Of a DNA stretch of 64,000 nt, positions 22,652 through 33,134 are shown in pieces. Each line of letters begins with the position of its first letter. Positions within the stretch are counted from its first letter, which is position 1. Made by a program: the position numbers and the translations under genes. The stretch covers positions 43,338,001-43,402,000 of the forward strand of contig NC_135808.1 of assembly GCF_964213995.1 (NCBI RefSeq), read 5' to 3'. The DNA comes from Mustelus asterias (lineage: Eukaryota). Below the pieces are notes generated by a model. It was not told the origin of the DNA and did not search any database. It saw only the letters and a program-made list of their open reading frames with translations.

Positions 22652-25555
22652 TCAAGCTATCCCACTCCCTATCATCCTGGTGTGCTCCATGTGCCTATCC
22701 AATAACCGCTTAAATGTTTCTAAAGTGTCTGACTCCACTATTACTGCAGGCAGTCCATTCCACACCCCAACCACTCTCTGCGTAAAGAACCTACCTCTGA
22801 TATCCGTCCTGTATCTCCCACCACGAACTCTATAGTTATGCCCCCTTGTAATAGCTCCATCCACCCGAGGAAATAGTCTTTGAACGTTCACTCTATCTAT
22901 CCCCTTCATCATTTTATACACCTCTATTAAGTCTCCCCTCAGCCTCCTCCGCTCCAGAGAGAACAGCCCTAGCTCCCTCAACCTTTCCTCATATGACCTA
23001 CCCTCCAAACCAGGCAGCATCCTGGTAAATCTCCTCTGCACTCTTTCCAGCGCTTCCACATCCTTCTTATAGTGAGGTGACCAGAACTGCACACAATATT
23101 CCAAATGTGGTCTCACCAAGGTCCTGTACAGTTGCAGCATAACCCCACGGCTCTTAAACTCCAACCCCCTGTTAATAAAATCTAACACACTATAGGCCTT
23201 CTTCACAGCTCTATCCACTTGGGTGGCAACCTTTAGAGATCTGTGAATATGGACCCCAAGATCTCTCTGTTCCTCCACAGTCTTCAGAACCCTACCTTTG
23301 ACCCTGTAATCCACATTTAAATTTGTCCTACCAAAATGAATCACCTCACATTTATCAGGGTTAAACTCCATTTGCCATTTTTCAGCCCAGCTTTGCATCC
23401 TATCTATGTCTCTTTGCAGCCTACAACAGCCCTCCACCTCATCCACTACTCCACCAATCTTGGTGTCATCAGCAAATTTACTGATCCACCCTTCAGCCCC
23501 CTCCTCTAAGTCATTAATAAAAATCACAAAGAGCAGAGGACCAAGCACTGATCCCTGCGGCACACCGCTAGCAACCTGCCTCCAATCCGAAAATTTTCCA
23601 TCGACCACCACCCTCTGTCTTCGGTCAGACAGCCAGTTACCTATCCAATCGGCCAACTTTCCCTCTATCCCACACCTCCTCACTTTCATCATAAGCCGAC
23701 CATGGGGGACCTTATCAAACGCCTTACTAAAATCCATGTATATGACATCAACTGCCCTACCTTCATCAACACACTTAGTTACCTCCTCAAAAAATTCTAT
23801 CAAATTTGTGAGGCACGACTTGCCCTTCACGAATCCGTGCTGACTATCTCGGATTAATCCGCATCTTTCTAAATGGTCGTAAATCCCATCCCTAAGGACC
23901 CTTTCCATCAATTTACCAACCACCGAAGTAAGACTAACCGGTCTATAATTACCAGGGTCATTCCTATTCCCTTTCTTAAACAGAGGAACAACATTCGCCA
24001 TTCTCCAGTCCTCTGGCACCATCCCCGTGGACAGCGAGGACCCAAAGATCAACGCCAAAGGCTCTGCAATCTCATCCCTTGCCTCCCACAGAATCCTAGG
24101 ATACATTTCATCAGGCCCAGGGGACTTATCGACCTTCAGTTTATTCAAAACTGCCAAGACATCCTCCCTCCGAACATCTATTTCCTCCAGCCTATTAGCC
24201 TGTAACACCTTCCCTTCCTCAAAAACATGGCCCCTCTCCTTGGTGAACACTGAAGAAAAGTATTCATTCATCACCTCGCCTATCTCTACTGACTCCATAC
24301 ACAAGTTCCCACTACTGTCCTTGACCGGCCCTAACCTCACCCTGGTCATTCTTTTATTCCTCACATAAGAGTAAAAAGCCTTGGGGTTTTCCTTGATCCG
24401 ACCCGCCAAGGACTTCTCATGTCCCCTCCTAGCTCTCCTAAGCCCCTTTTTCAGCTCATTCCTTGCTAACTTGTAACCCTCAATCAAGCCATCTGAACCT
24501 TGTTTCCTCATCCCTACATAAGCTTCCCTCTTCCTTTTCACAAGACATTCCACCTCTTTTGTGAACCATGGTTCCCTCACTCGGCCATTTCCTCCCTGCC
24601 TGACAGGAACATACCTATCAAGGACATCCAGTATTTGTTCCTTGAAAAAGTTCCACTTTTCATTAGTTCCTTTCTCTGACAGTTTCTGTTCCCAACTTAT
24701 GCCCCCTAATTCTTGCCTAATCGCATCGTAATTACCCCTCCCCCAATTGTAAACCTTGCCCTGCCGTACGGCCCTATCCCTCTCCATTGCAATAACAAAA
24801 GACACCGAATTGTGGTCACTATCTCCAAATTGCTCTCCCACAACCAAATCTAACACTTGGCCCGGTTCATTTCCCAGTACCAAATCCAATGTGGCCTCAC
24901 CTCTAGTCGGCCCATCCACATATTGTGTCAGGAAACCCTCCCGCACACACTGCACAAAAACTGCCCCATCCAAACTATTTGATCTACAAAGGTTCCAATC
25001 AATATTTGGAAAGTTAAAGTCCCCCATGACAACTACCCTGTGACCCCCACACATATCCATAATCTGCTTAGCAATTTCTTCCTCCACATCTCTATTACTA
25101 TTTGGGGGCCTATAGTAAACTCCTAGCAACGTGACCGCTCCTTTCCTATTTCTAACTTCAGCCCATATTACCTCAGTGTGCAGATCTCCCACGAAGTGCC
25201 TTTCCGCAGCCGTTAAACTATCCTTGATTAACAATGCCACTCCGCCACCTCTTTTACCAGCTTCCCTACACTTAGTGAAACATCTATACCCCGGAACGTC
25301 CACCAACCATTCCTGTCCTTGTTCTACCCACGTCTCCGTAATGGCCACAACATCGTAGTCCCAAGTACCAATCCACGCCCCAAGTTCATCTACCTTGTTC
25401 CGGATGCTCCTTGCATTGAAGTAGACACACTTCAACCCACCTTCCTGTCTACCAGTACCCACCCTTGACCCTGATACCTTCCCCAATACCTCACCACCCT
25501 CACTGACTTCTGGACTACAACTCCCTTTCCCACTCCCCTGACAAATTAGTTTAAA
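22652..25555 (-). CDS. CR1 ORF2: APE endonuclease plus reverse transcriptase, intact, no N-terminal AUG
   Basis: CVYFNARS, ITETW, YRPP, GDFN, LDLVL, SDHN, QHGF, PQGSVLGP, FADD. The track start at 25666 is TTG. Confidence 0.95.
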   Translation of the reverse strand, partial: FKLICQGSGKGSCSPEVSEGGEVLGKVSGSRVGTGRQEGGLKCVYFNARSIRNKVDELGAWIGTWDYDVVAITETWVEQGQEWLVDVPGYRCFTKCREAGKRGGGVALLIKDSLTAAERHFVGDLHTEVIWAEVRNRKGAVTLLGVYYRPPNSNRDVEEEIAKQIMDMCGGHRVVVMGDFNFPNIDWNLCRSNSLDGAVFVQCVREGFLTQYVDGPTRGEATLDLVLGNEPGQVLDLVVGEQFGDSDHNSVSFVIAMERDRAVRQGKVYNWGRGNYDAIRQELGGISWEQKLSEKGTNEKWNFFKEQILDVLDRYVPVRQGGNGRVREPWFTKEVECLVKRKREAYVGMRKQGSDGLIEGYKLARNELKKGLRRARRGHEKSLAGRIKENPKAFYSYVRNKRMTRVRLGPVKDSSGNLCMESVEIGEVMNEYFSSVFTKERGHVFEEGKVLQANRLEEIDVRREDVLAVLNKLKVDKSPGPDEMYPRILWEARDEIAEPLALIFGSSLSTGMVPEDWRMANVVPLFKKGNRNDPGNYRPVSLTSVVGKLMERVLRDGIYDHLERCGLIRDSQHGFVKGKSCLTNLIEFFEEVTKCVDEGRAVDVIYMDFSKAFDKVPHGRLMMKVRRCGIEGKLADWIGNWLSDRRQRVVVDGKFSDWRQVASGVPQGSVLGPLLFVIFINDLEEGAEGWISKFADDTKIGGVVDEVEGCCRLQRDIDRMQSWAEKWQMEFNPDKCEVIHFGRTNLNVDYRVKGRVLKTVEEQRDLGVHIHRSLKVATQVDRAVKKAYSVLDFINRGLEFKSRGVMLQLYRTLVRPHLEYCVQFWSPHYKKDVEALERVQRRFTRMLPGLEGRSYEERLRELGLFSLERRRLRGDLIEVYKMMKGIDRVNVQRLFPRVDGAITRGHNYRVRGGRYRTDIRGRFFTQRVVGVWNGLPAVIVESDTLETFKRLLDRHMEHTRMIGSGIA

Positions 25556-26472
25556 CCCCCCTGAAGAGCCGTAACAAATTTCCCTCCGAGGATATTGGTG
25601 CCCCTCTGGTTCAGGTGCACCCCGTCCTGTTTGTACAGGTCCCACCTTCCCCAGAACGTGTTCCAATTATCCACGTATCTGAAACCCTCCCTCCTACACC
25701 ATCCCTGCAACCACATATTTAACTGCACTCTCTCCCTGTTCCTCAACTCGCTATCACGTGGTACCGGCAACGTACCAGAGATGACCACATGTTTCGTCTT
25801 GGCTCTCAGCTTCCAGCCCAGCTCCAGAAATTCCTGCTTTAAATCCCCGTCCCTTCTCTTACCTATGTCATTGGTACCAATGTGCACCACGACTTGTGAC
25901 TGTTTCCCCTCCCCCTTCAGAATCTGGAAAACACGGTCTGAGACATCACGGACCTTGGCATCCGGTAGGCAACATACCATCCGTGAGTCTCTTTTGCTGC
26001 CACAGAACCTCCTATCTATCCCTCTAACTAACGAGTCCCCAATAACTATCGCCCTCCCGCTCTCCCCCTTTCCCTCCCGAGCCACAGAGACGGACACAGT
26101 GCTGGAGATCCTCTCACTGCGGCTCCCCACTGGTATGTCATCCCCCTCAACCGTATCCAAAGCGGAATACTAGTTGCTAAGGGGAACGACCACCGGGGAT
26201 CCCTGCACGGACTGCTTCTTCCCAGCCCCTCTCACCGTCACCCATCTGTTTTCAATCCTCGGAGTAACTGTATTCCTAAAGCTTGTGTCTATGGCCATCT
26301 CTGCGTCCCTGATGATCCTAAGTTCATCCAACTCCAGCTCCAGTTCCCTAACACGGTTTTGGAGGAGCTGCAGATGGGTGCACTTCCCACAGGTGTAATC
26401 AGTAGGGACACTGTCGTCGTACCTCACCTCAAACATAGTGCAAGAGGAACATTGCACTGCCTGCACACCCAT
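25546..26472 (-). CDS. CR1 ORF1: zinc finger, leucine zipper and SGNH esterase; one in-frame TAG at 26170-26172
   Basis: CxxC...CxxC, LQNRVRELELELDEL, IVIGDSLV, VHIGTND, DGVH. The two track ORFs are in the same frame. Confidence 0.92.
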
Positions 26473-26665
26473 CCCCTCTAGATACCTTGCCAGTACAAGG
26501 TAGAAAGTGCAAAAATGAATTCAACTCACCCCTGCTCGCCCTTTCAGCCTAAGCCCTGTGAGCCAAAGTCTTATAGCTCACACTCTGCTTCCCACACACT
26601 ACACTGCCCGCTCCCGACGCTGCCCGCTGTATACTGCAGCCTACCTTTTATACTTCACGCGCTTA

Positions 26666-27086
26666 AAAAACCCTTCCCAGACTCCTTTGCTGCCCACTTC
26701 TAGTTTTCACTTTAAACTTGAAAAACTGCTGTTAAAGTAAAGGCCAAAAAAATACACACACTAGCTGACTAATTAAATAAATAAACAATTCAATTAATCT
26801 CTCACCAGCACTGCTGCTTGCAATCACCCCTCTCAGCTTGCTCCAGTGGATCAATGAGGGGGAACCTCCCAGGTAACTGACTTTTAAAGTTAAAATAAAA
26901 ACCCTTCCCAGACTCCTTTGCTGCCCACTTCTAGTTTTCACTTTAAACTTGAAAAACTGCTGTTAAAGTAAAGGCCAAAAAAATACACACACTAGCTGAC
27001 TAATTAAATAAATAAACAATTCAATTAATCTCTCACCAGCACTGCTGCTTGCAATCACCCCTCTCAGCTTGCTCCAGTGGATCAAT
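26666..27086 (-). repeat. Tandem 5' UTR repeat of the CR1, period 231 bp
   Basis: 26666-26855 appears identical to 26897-27086. Confidence 0.95.
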
Positions 27087-30070
27087 CATGATAAACATAT
27101 GGATGATATTGGAATAGCGTAGATTAGAGGGGCTTTAGATTGGTACCACTGGTCGGCGCAACATCGAGGGCCGAAGGGCCTGTACTGCGCTGTAATGTTC
27201 TATGTTCTACTACCTCACCCGGCAGTGAGTTCCAGGCACCCACCACCCTCTGTGTAAAAAATCTGCTTCGTACATCTCCTTTAAACCTTGCCCCTCGCAC
27301 CTTAAACCTATGCCCCCTAGTAATTGACTCTTCCATCCTGGGAAAAAGCTTCTGACTATCCACTCTGTCCATGCTCCTCATAATCTTGTAGACTTTTATC
27401 AGGTCTCCCCTCAATCTCCACCACTCCAATGAGAACAAACCAAGTTTCTCCAACCTCTCTTCATAGCTAATGCCCTGCATACCAGGCAACATCCTGGTAA
27501 ATCTTTTCTGTACCCTCTCCAAAGCCTCCACATCCTTCTGGTAGTGTGGCGACCAGAATTGAACACTATATTCCAAGTGCGGCCTAACTAAGGTTCTATA
27601 AAGCTGCAACATGACTTGCCAATTTTTAAACTCAATGCCCCGGCCGATGAAGGCAAGCATGCCGTATGCTTTCTTGACTATCTCCCCCACCTGCATTGCC
27701 ACTTTCAGTGATCTGTGTACCTGTACACCCAGATCCCTCTGCCTATCAATACTCTTTAAGGTTCTGCCATTTACTGTATATTTCCTATCTGCATTAGACC
27801 TTCCAAAATGCATTACCTCACATTTGTCCGGATTAAACTGCATCTGCCATCTCTCCGCCCAAGTCTTCAACTGATCTATATCCTGCTGTATCCTCTGATG
27901 GTCCTCATCTCTATCCACAAATCCACCAATCTTTATGTTGTCCGCAAACTTACTAATCAATCCAGTTACATTTTCCTCCAAATCATTTATATATATTACA
28001 AACAGCAAAGGTCCCAGCACTAATCCCTGAGGAACACCACTTGTCACAGCCCTCCATTCAGAAACACACCCTTCCACTGCCACCCTCTGTCTTCTTTGAC
28101 CAAGCTAGTTCTGTATCCACCTTTGCCAGTTCACCTCTGATCGCATGCGACTTCACCTTCTGCACCAGTCTACCATGCGGGACCTTATTAAAGGCCTGAC
28201 TGAAGTCCATGTAGACAACTGCCCTACCCTCATTAACCATCTTCCTTGAAAAACTCGATCAAGTTAGTGAGACATGACCTCCCCTTCACAAAACGATGTT
28301 GTCTCTCGCTAATATGGCCACTTATTTCCAAGTGAGAGTAAATCCTGTCTCAAAGAATCCTCTCAAATAATTTCCTTATCACTGACGTAAGGCTCACCAG
28401 CCTGTAATTACCTGGATTATTCTTGCCACCCTTCTTAAACAGAGGAACAACATTGGCTATTCTCCAATCCTCTGGACCTCCCCTGTAGCCAGTGAGGATA
28501 CAAAAATTTCTCTCAAGGCCCCAGCAATTTCCTCCCTTGCTTCTCTCAGTATTCTGGGGTATACCATATCAGGCCCAGGGGATTTGTCTACCTTAATATT
28601 TCTCAAAAACCCCAATACCTCCTCCTTTTTGATCTCAACATGACTCAAACTATCTACACACCCTTTCCCAGACTCATCATCCATCAAGTCCTTCTCTTTG
28701 GTGAATACTGATGCAAAGTACTCATTTAATACCTTGCCTACTTCCTCTGGCTCCACGCATAGATTCCCTCCCCTGTGCTTGAGAGGGCCAACCCTCTCCC
28801 TGGCTACCCTCCTGCTCTTTATAAATGTATAAAAAGCTTTGGGATTTTCCTTCATCCTGCTGGCCAATGATTTTTCATGACCTCTTTTAGTCCTCCTTAC
28901 TCCTTGCTTAAGTTTCTTTCTACTTTCCTTGTGTTCCACACTTGCTTCGTGTGTTCCCAGCCTCCTAGCTTTGACAAATGCTTCCTTTTTCTCTTTGACT
29001 AGGCTCACAATATCTCTCGTTATCCAAGGTTCCCAAAACTTGCCATACTTATCCTTCATTCTTACAGGAATGTGCCGGTCCTGAGTCCCTATCAACTTAC
29101 ACTTGAAAGCCTCCCACATGCCAGATGTTGATTTGCCCTCAAATATCTGCCCCCAATCTTCAGTTCTTGCCTAATAGTGTTGTAATTAGCCTTCCCCCAA
29201 TTTAGCACCTTAACTTGAGGACTACACTTATCTTTAATCATCAGTACCTTCAAGCTTACTGAATTTTGGTCACTGTTCCCGAACTGCTCCCCTACTGAAA
29301 CGTCGACCACCTGGTCGGGCTCATTTCCCAATACCAGGTCCAGTATGGCCCCTTCTCGAGTTGGACTATCTACATACTGTTTCAGGAAGCCCTCCTGGAT
29401 GCTCCTTACAAACTTTGCCCCATTTACCCCCCCTAGCACTAAGTGAGTCCTGGTCAATATCGGGGAAGTTAAAATCTCCCACCACAACAACCCTGTTACT
29501 TTTACACCTTGCCAAAATCTGCCTACATATCTGTTCTTCTATCTCCTGCTGCCAGTTGGGCGGCCTATAGTAAACCCTCAACATTGTGACGGCACGCTTC
29601 CTATTCCTGAGCTCTACCCATATTGCCTCGCTGTCCTGTGAGGACAGATTAGTTCAACTGGGCCTGTATTGGCCAGAGTTTACAAAGATGAGAGGAGAGC
29701 TTATTGAAACAGATAAAATTCTAACAGGACTGGATAGACCAGATGTAGGGAGGATATTGGGGAATTTAGAACCAGGGGACACAGTCTCAGGGTACAGGGT
29801 AGACCATTTAGGACTGAGAGGAGCAGAAATTTCTTCACTCAGTGGGTGGTGAACCTGTGGAATTCTCTATCACTGTGGATATCAAGTCACTGAATATATT
29901 CAAGAAATAGATTATCTTTTTAGATTTAAACACATTAATGTCATGGCATCAAGGGATATGGGGAATGAGTGGGAATATAACATTGAGATAAAGGCTCAAC
30001 CATGATCACATTGAATGGCAGAGCAGAATTGAAGGGCTGAATGGCCTACTCCTGCTACTAGATTCTATGT

Positions 30071-31793
30071 TTAGAACTAAAACAGTTAGGAATGGGCTGA
30101 AGGATGAATTTGTTTAGACAGCACAGAACAGGCCCTTCGACCCACGATGTTGTGCCGAGCTTTATCTGAAACCAAGATCAAGCTATCCCACTCCCTATCA
30201 TCCTGGTGTGCTCCATGTGCCTATCCAATAACCGCTTAAATGTTCCTAAAGTGTCTGACTCCACTATCACTGCAGGCAGTCCATTCCACACCCCAACCAC
30301 TCTCTGCGTAAAGAACCTACCTCTGATATCCTTCATATATCTCCCACCACGAACCCTATAGTTATGCCCCCTTGTAATAGCTCCATCCAACCGAGGAAAT
30401 AGTCTTTGAACGTTCACTCTATCTATCCCCTTCATCATTTTATAAACCTCTATTAAGTCTCCCCTCAACCTCCTCCGCTCAAGAAACAACAGCCCTAGCT
30501 CCCTCAACCTTTCCTCATAAGACCTACCCTCCAAACCAGGCAGCATCCTGGTAAATCTCCTCTGCACTCTTTCCAGCGCTTCCTCATCCTTCTTATAGTG
30601 AGGTGACCAGAACTGCACACAATATTCCAAATGTGGTCTCACCAAGGTCCTGTACAGTTGCAGCATAACTCCACGGCTCTTAAACTCCAACCCCCTGTTA
30701 ATAAAAGCTAACACACTATAGGCCTTCTTCACAGCTCTATCCACTTGAGTGGCAACCTTTAGAGATCTGTGGATATGGACCCCAAGATCTCTCTGTTCCT
30801 CCACAGTCTTCAGAACCCTACCTTTGACCCTGTAATCCACATTTAAATTAGTCCTACCAAAATGAATCACCTCACATTTATCAGGGTTAAACTCCATTTG
30901 CCATTTTTCAGCCCACCTTTGCATCCTATCTATGTCTCTTTGCAGCCTACAACAGCCCTCCACCTCATCCACTACTCCACCAATCTTGGTGTCATCAGCA
31001 AATTTACTGATCCACCCTTCAGCCCCCTCCTCCAAGTCATTAATAAAAATCACAAAGAGCAGAGGACCAAGCACTGATCCCTGTGGCACTCCGCTAGCAA
31101 CCTGCCTCCAATCCGAAAATTTTCCATCCACCACCACCCTCTGTCTTCGATCAGACAGCCAGTTACCTATCCAATCGGCCAACTTTCCCTCTATCCCACA
31201 CCTCCTCACTTTCATCATAAGCCGACCATGGGGGACCTTATCAAACGCCTTACTAAAATCCATGTATATGACATCAACTGCCCTACCTTCATCAACACAC
31301 TTAGTTACCTCCTCAAAAAATTCAATCAAATTTGTGAGGCATGACTTGCCCTTCACGAATCCGTGCTGACTATCCCGGATTAATCCGCATCTTTCTAAAT
31401 GGTCATAAATCCCATCCCTAAGGACCTTTTCCATCAATTTACCAACCACCGAAGTAAGACTAACCGGTCTATAATTACCAGGGTCATTTCTATTCCCTTT
31501 CTTAAACAGAGGAACAACATTCGCCACTCTCCAGTCCTCTGGCACCATCCCCGTGGACAGTGAGGACCCAAAGATCAAAGCCAAAGGCTCTGCAATCTCA
31601 TCCCTTGCCTCCCAAAGAATCCTAGGATATATTTCATCAGGTTTAGATTACCACTTTGGAACAGGAATTACTGCAGCTCAAAAAAACAATTAAACAGCAG
31701 CAGAAATGTGAGATTGCTCTGGATACAAACCAAAGAAATGTTACAGAGGCTAACCCCAGGGGTGTCTGAATCCTCACAACAACACTATAGTGA
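30071..31793 (+). pseudogene. RRBP1: RRBP1-like processed pseudogene, fragments 2-3 (30071-30118 and 31641-31793)
   Basis: ELKTVRNGLKDEFV*ITTLEQELLQLKKTIKQQ reads through once the CR1 is removed; TKEMLQRLTPGVSESSQQHYSD resembles recalled TMEALLALLPELSVLAQQNYTE. Confidence 0.6.
30119..31640 (-). mobile_element. CR1, 5'-truncated, same young family as 22571-27089
   Basis: 468-aa RT ORF nearly identical to the full-length copy; TSD GTTTAGA at 30112-30118 and 31641-31647. Confidence 0.97.
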
Positions 31794-31796
31794 TTT

Positions 31797-32483
31797 ACTT
31801 TTATTCATTTATAGGGTGAGGAGTCACTGGCTCGGCCAACCCATCCCTAATTAGCTTGCTAGCCCATTTCATTGGCATTTAAGAGTCAACCACATTGCTA
31901 TGACGATGGTAGACTTCCTTCCCTGAGGGACATTAATGAAGCAGATGGGTTTTTTGTTTACAACAATCAACAATGGTTTCGTAGTCATCATTAGACTTTT
32001 AGTTAGTGGCTCTTATTGAACTTCTTTAGAAGTTGATGGGGCGGCACGGTAGCACAGTGGTTAGCACTGCTGCTTCACAGCTCCAGGGTCCCGGGTTCGA
32101 TTCCCGGCTCGGGTCACTGTCTGTGTGGAGTTTGCACATTCTCCTCGTGTCTGCGTGGGTTTCCTCCGGGTGCTCCGGTTTCCTCCCACAGTCCAAAGAT
32201 GTGCGGGCTAGGTTGATTGGCCAGGTTAAAAAAATTGCCCCTTAGAGTCCTGGGATGCGTAGGTTAGAGGGAATAGCGGGTAAAATATGTGGGGGTAGGG
32301 CCTGGGTGGGATTGTGGTCGGTGCAGACTCGATGGGCCGAATGGCCTCCTTCTGCACTGTAGGGTTTCTATGATTTCTATGATTTCTATGAACTTCTGCC
32401 ATGGTGGGATTTAAACTCAGGTCAAGGTCAGGACCCTGGGTCTCTAGATAACTAGCCCAGTGACAATACTATTCCCTCCCCCT
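31797..32483 (-). mobile_element. Older tRNA-type SINE of a second family, interrupted by an HE1
   Basis: Similar to 40752-41110 and 55085-55432 (GAGTCAACCACATTGCT, GCCATGGTGGGATT). Confidence 0.65.
32038..32389 (+). mobile_element. HE1-type SINE, full-length and young
   Basis: GGGGCGGCACGGTAGCACAGTGG (A box), GGTTCGATTCC (B box), core, and (TTTCTATGA)n tail. Confidence 0.95.
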
Positions 32484-32486
32484 CTT

Positions 32487-33130
32487 TGGCTTGTAAGTGT
32501 TCAAGCAGCAGGCCTTCGAATTCCTGAAGCAGCGAAGCAAAGATCCCTCAGGCGGGGGACTTCAGTTAAATGGAGTTGAGGAAGCCCAGAGCAGCTTATA
32601 AGCAGATAGTGACTGGTACAGAACAGTTCACACCGAGACACAGTGAATGCTGAGAAACCTTCATGAAAGTGTGGAAAAGGAGTGTGTATGAACAGGGAGG
32701 AAAGCGGAGCCTGAGGCCCAATTTCAGAAGGCACAGACACAAGGACAAATTGTGAGGACGTGCTTGAGAAAGTGAAGCTAATATATTAAACATGGAAGCG
32801 ATGAAGGAGCTGGTTACTGATTTGGAGGCACAGCTATAACATTAATTAGAATCTGCACACTGTCAGAGAGGCTCAGCAGGAGTAAAACAATTGAGTGAGT
32901 TTCTAACAGAATCACAAAGTCAGCTTCAAACAGCTAACAATGTACAGAAAGAGGGAGGAGCTTCCAGAGGCAAAGCAGCGTCTGTGTGAAATGGGAGCCT
33001 CACACATGTGATGGAGAGTTGGTTGAGTCACTCAATGATCAAGTTCAACAGGAACCTGCCAAGCTTCAAATGCATTTTTAAGAAACCGTGACCAATGAGC
33101 AAACAGCAGGTGATAATGCAAGAACAAATA
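32487..33130 (+). pseudogene. RRBP1: RRBP1-like processed pseudogene, fragment 4
   Basis: VEEAQSSL*ADSDWYRTVHTETQ*MLRNLHESVEKE resembles recalled AEETQSTLQAECDQYRSILAETEGMLRDLQKSVEEE; LSEFLTESQSQLQTA resembles LRQLLLESQSQLDAA. No introns, many stops. Confidence 0.75.
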
Positions 33131-33134
33131 AAAA

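Larger units (their letters stand above)
22571..27089 (-). mobile_element. Full-length CR1 LINE (5' UTR with tandem monomers, ORF1, ORF2, (TTCTATG)n tail)
   Basis: All parts are present in the expected order and ORF2 is uninterrupted. Confidence 0.97.
22215..27209 (+). mobile_element. Short CR1 3' copy in two pieces (22215-22570 and 27090-27209), same family as 15209-17819
   Basis: Near-identical to 17341-17818; GATA is duplicated around the inserted full-length element. Confidence 0.9.
22012..29630 (-). mobile_element. CR1 in two pieces (22012-22214 and 27210-29630), decayed APE-RT
   Basis: ORFs 29366-29584, 28457-29119 and 27124-28083. The 3' UTR and tail resume at 22214-22012. Confidence 0.9.
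18555..30070 (+). mobile_element. Old CR1 forming the outer shell of the nested stack; pieces 18555-19480, 21272-22011, 29631-30070
   Basis: Pieces are collinear in ORF2 (EDVTSRLDKG, then the DKVPH region, FADD and the 3' end). CTGTC is duplicated at 22007-22011 and 29631-29635. Confidence 0.8.

Noticed and set aside
23406-23843. Recurrent antisense ORFs over CR1 RT (also 16549, 30932, 44859, 51261)
   Set aside because: Expected shadow frames of conserved RT codons; no independent motif or start context.
25512-25525. ZNF143/THAP11-like motif GGACTACAACTCCC
   Set aside because: A single hit inside LINE coding sequence; plausibly chance.
26475-26530. GT-AG pair just before the CR1 ORF1 ATG
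   Set aside because: The implied ~50-nt intron is too short to support without transcript data.
32038-32110. tRNA-like A and B boxes
   Set aside because: These are SINE heads that continue into the HE1 core; they are not tRNA genes.
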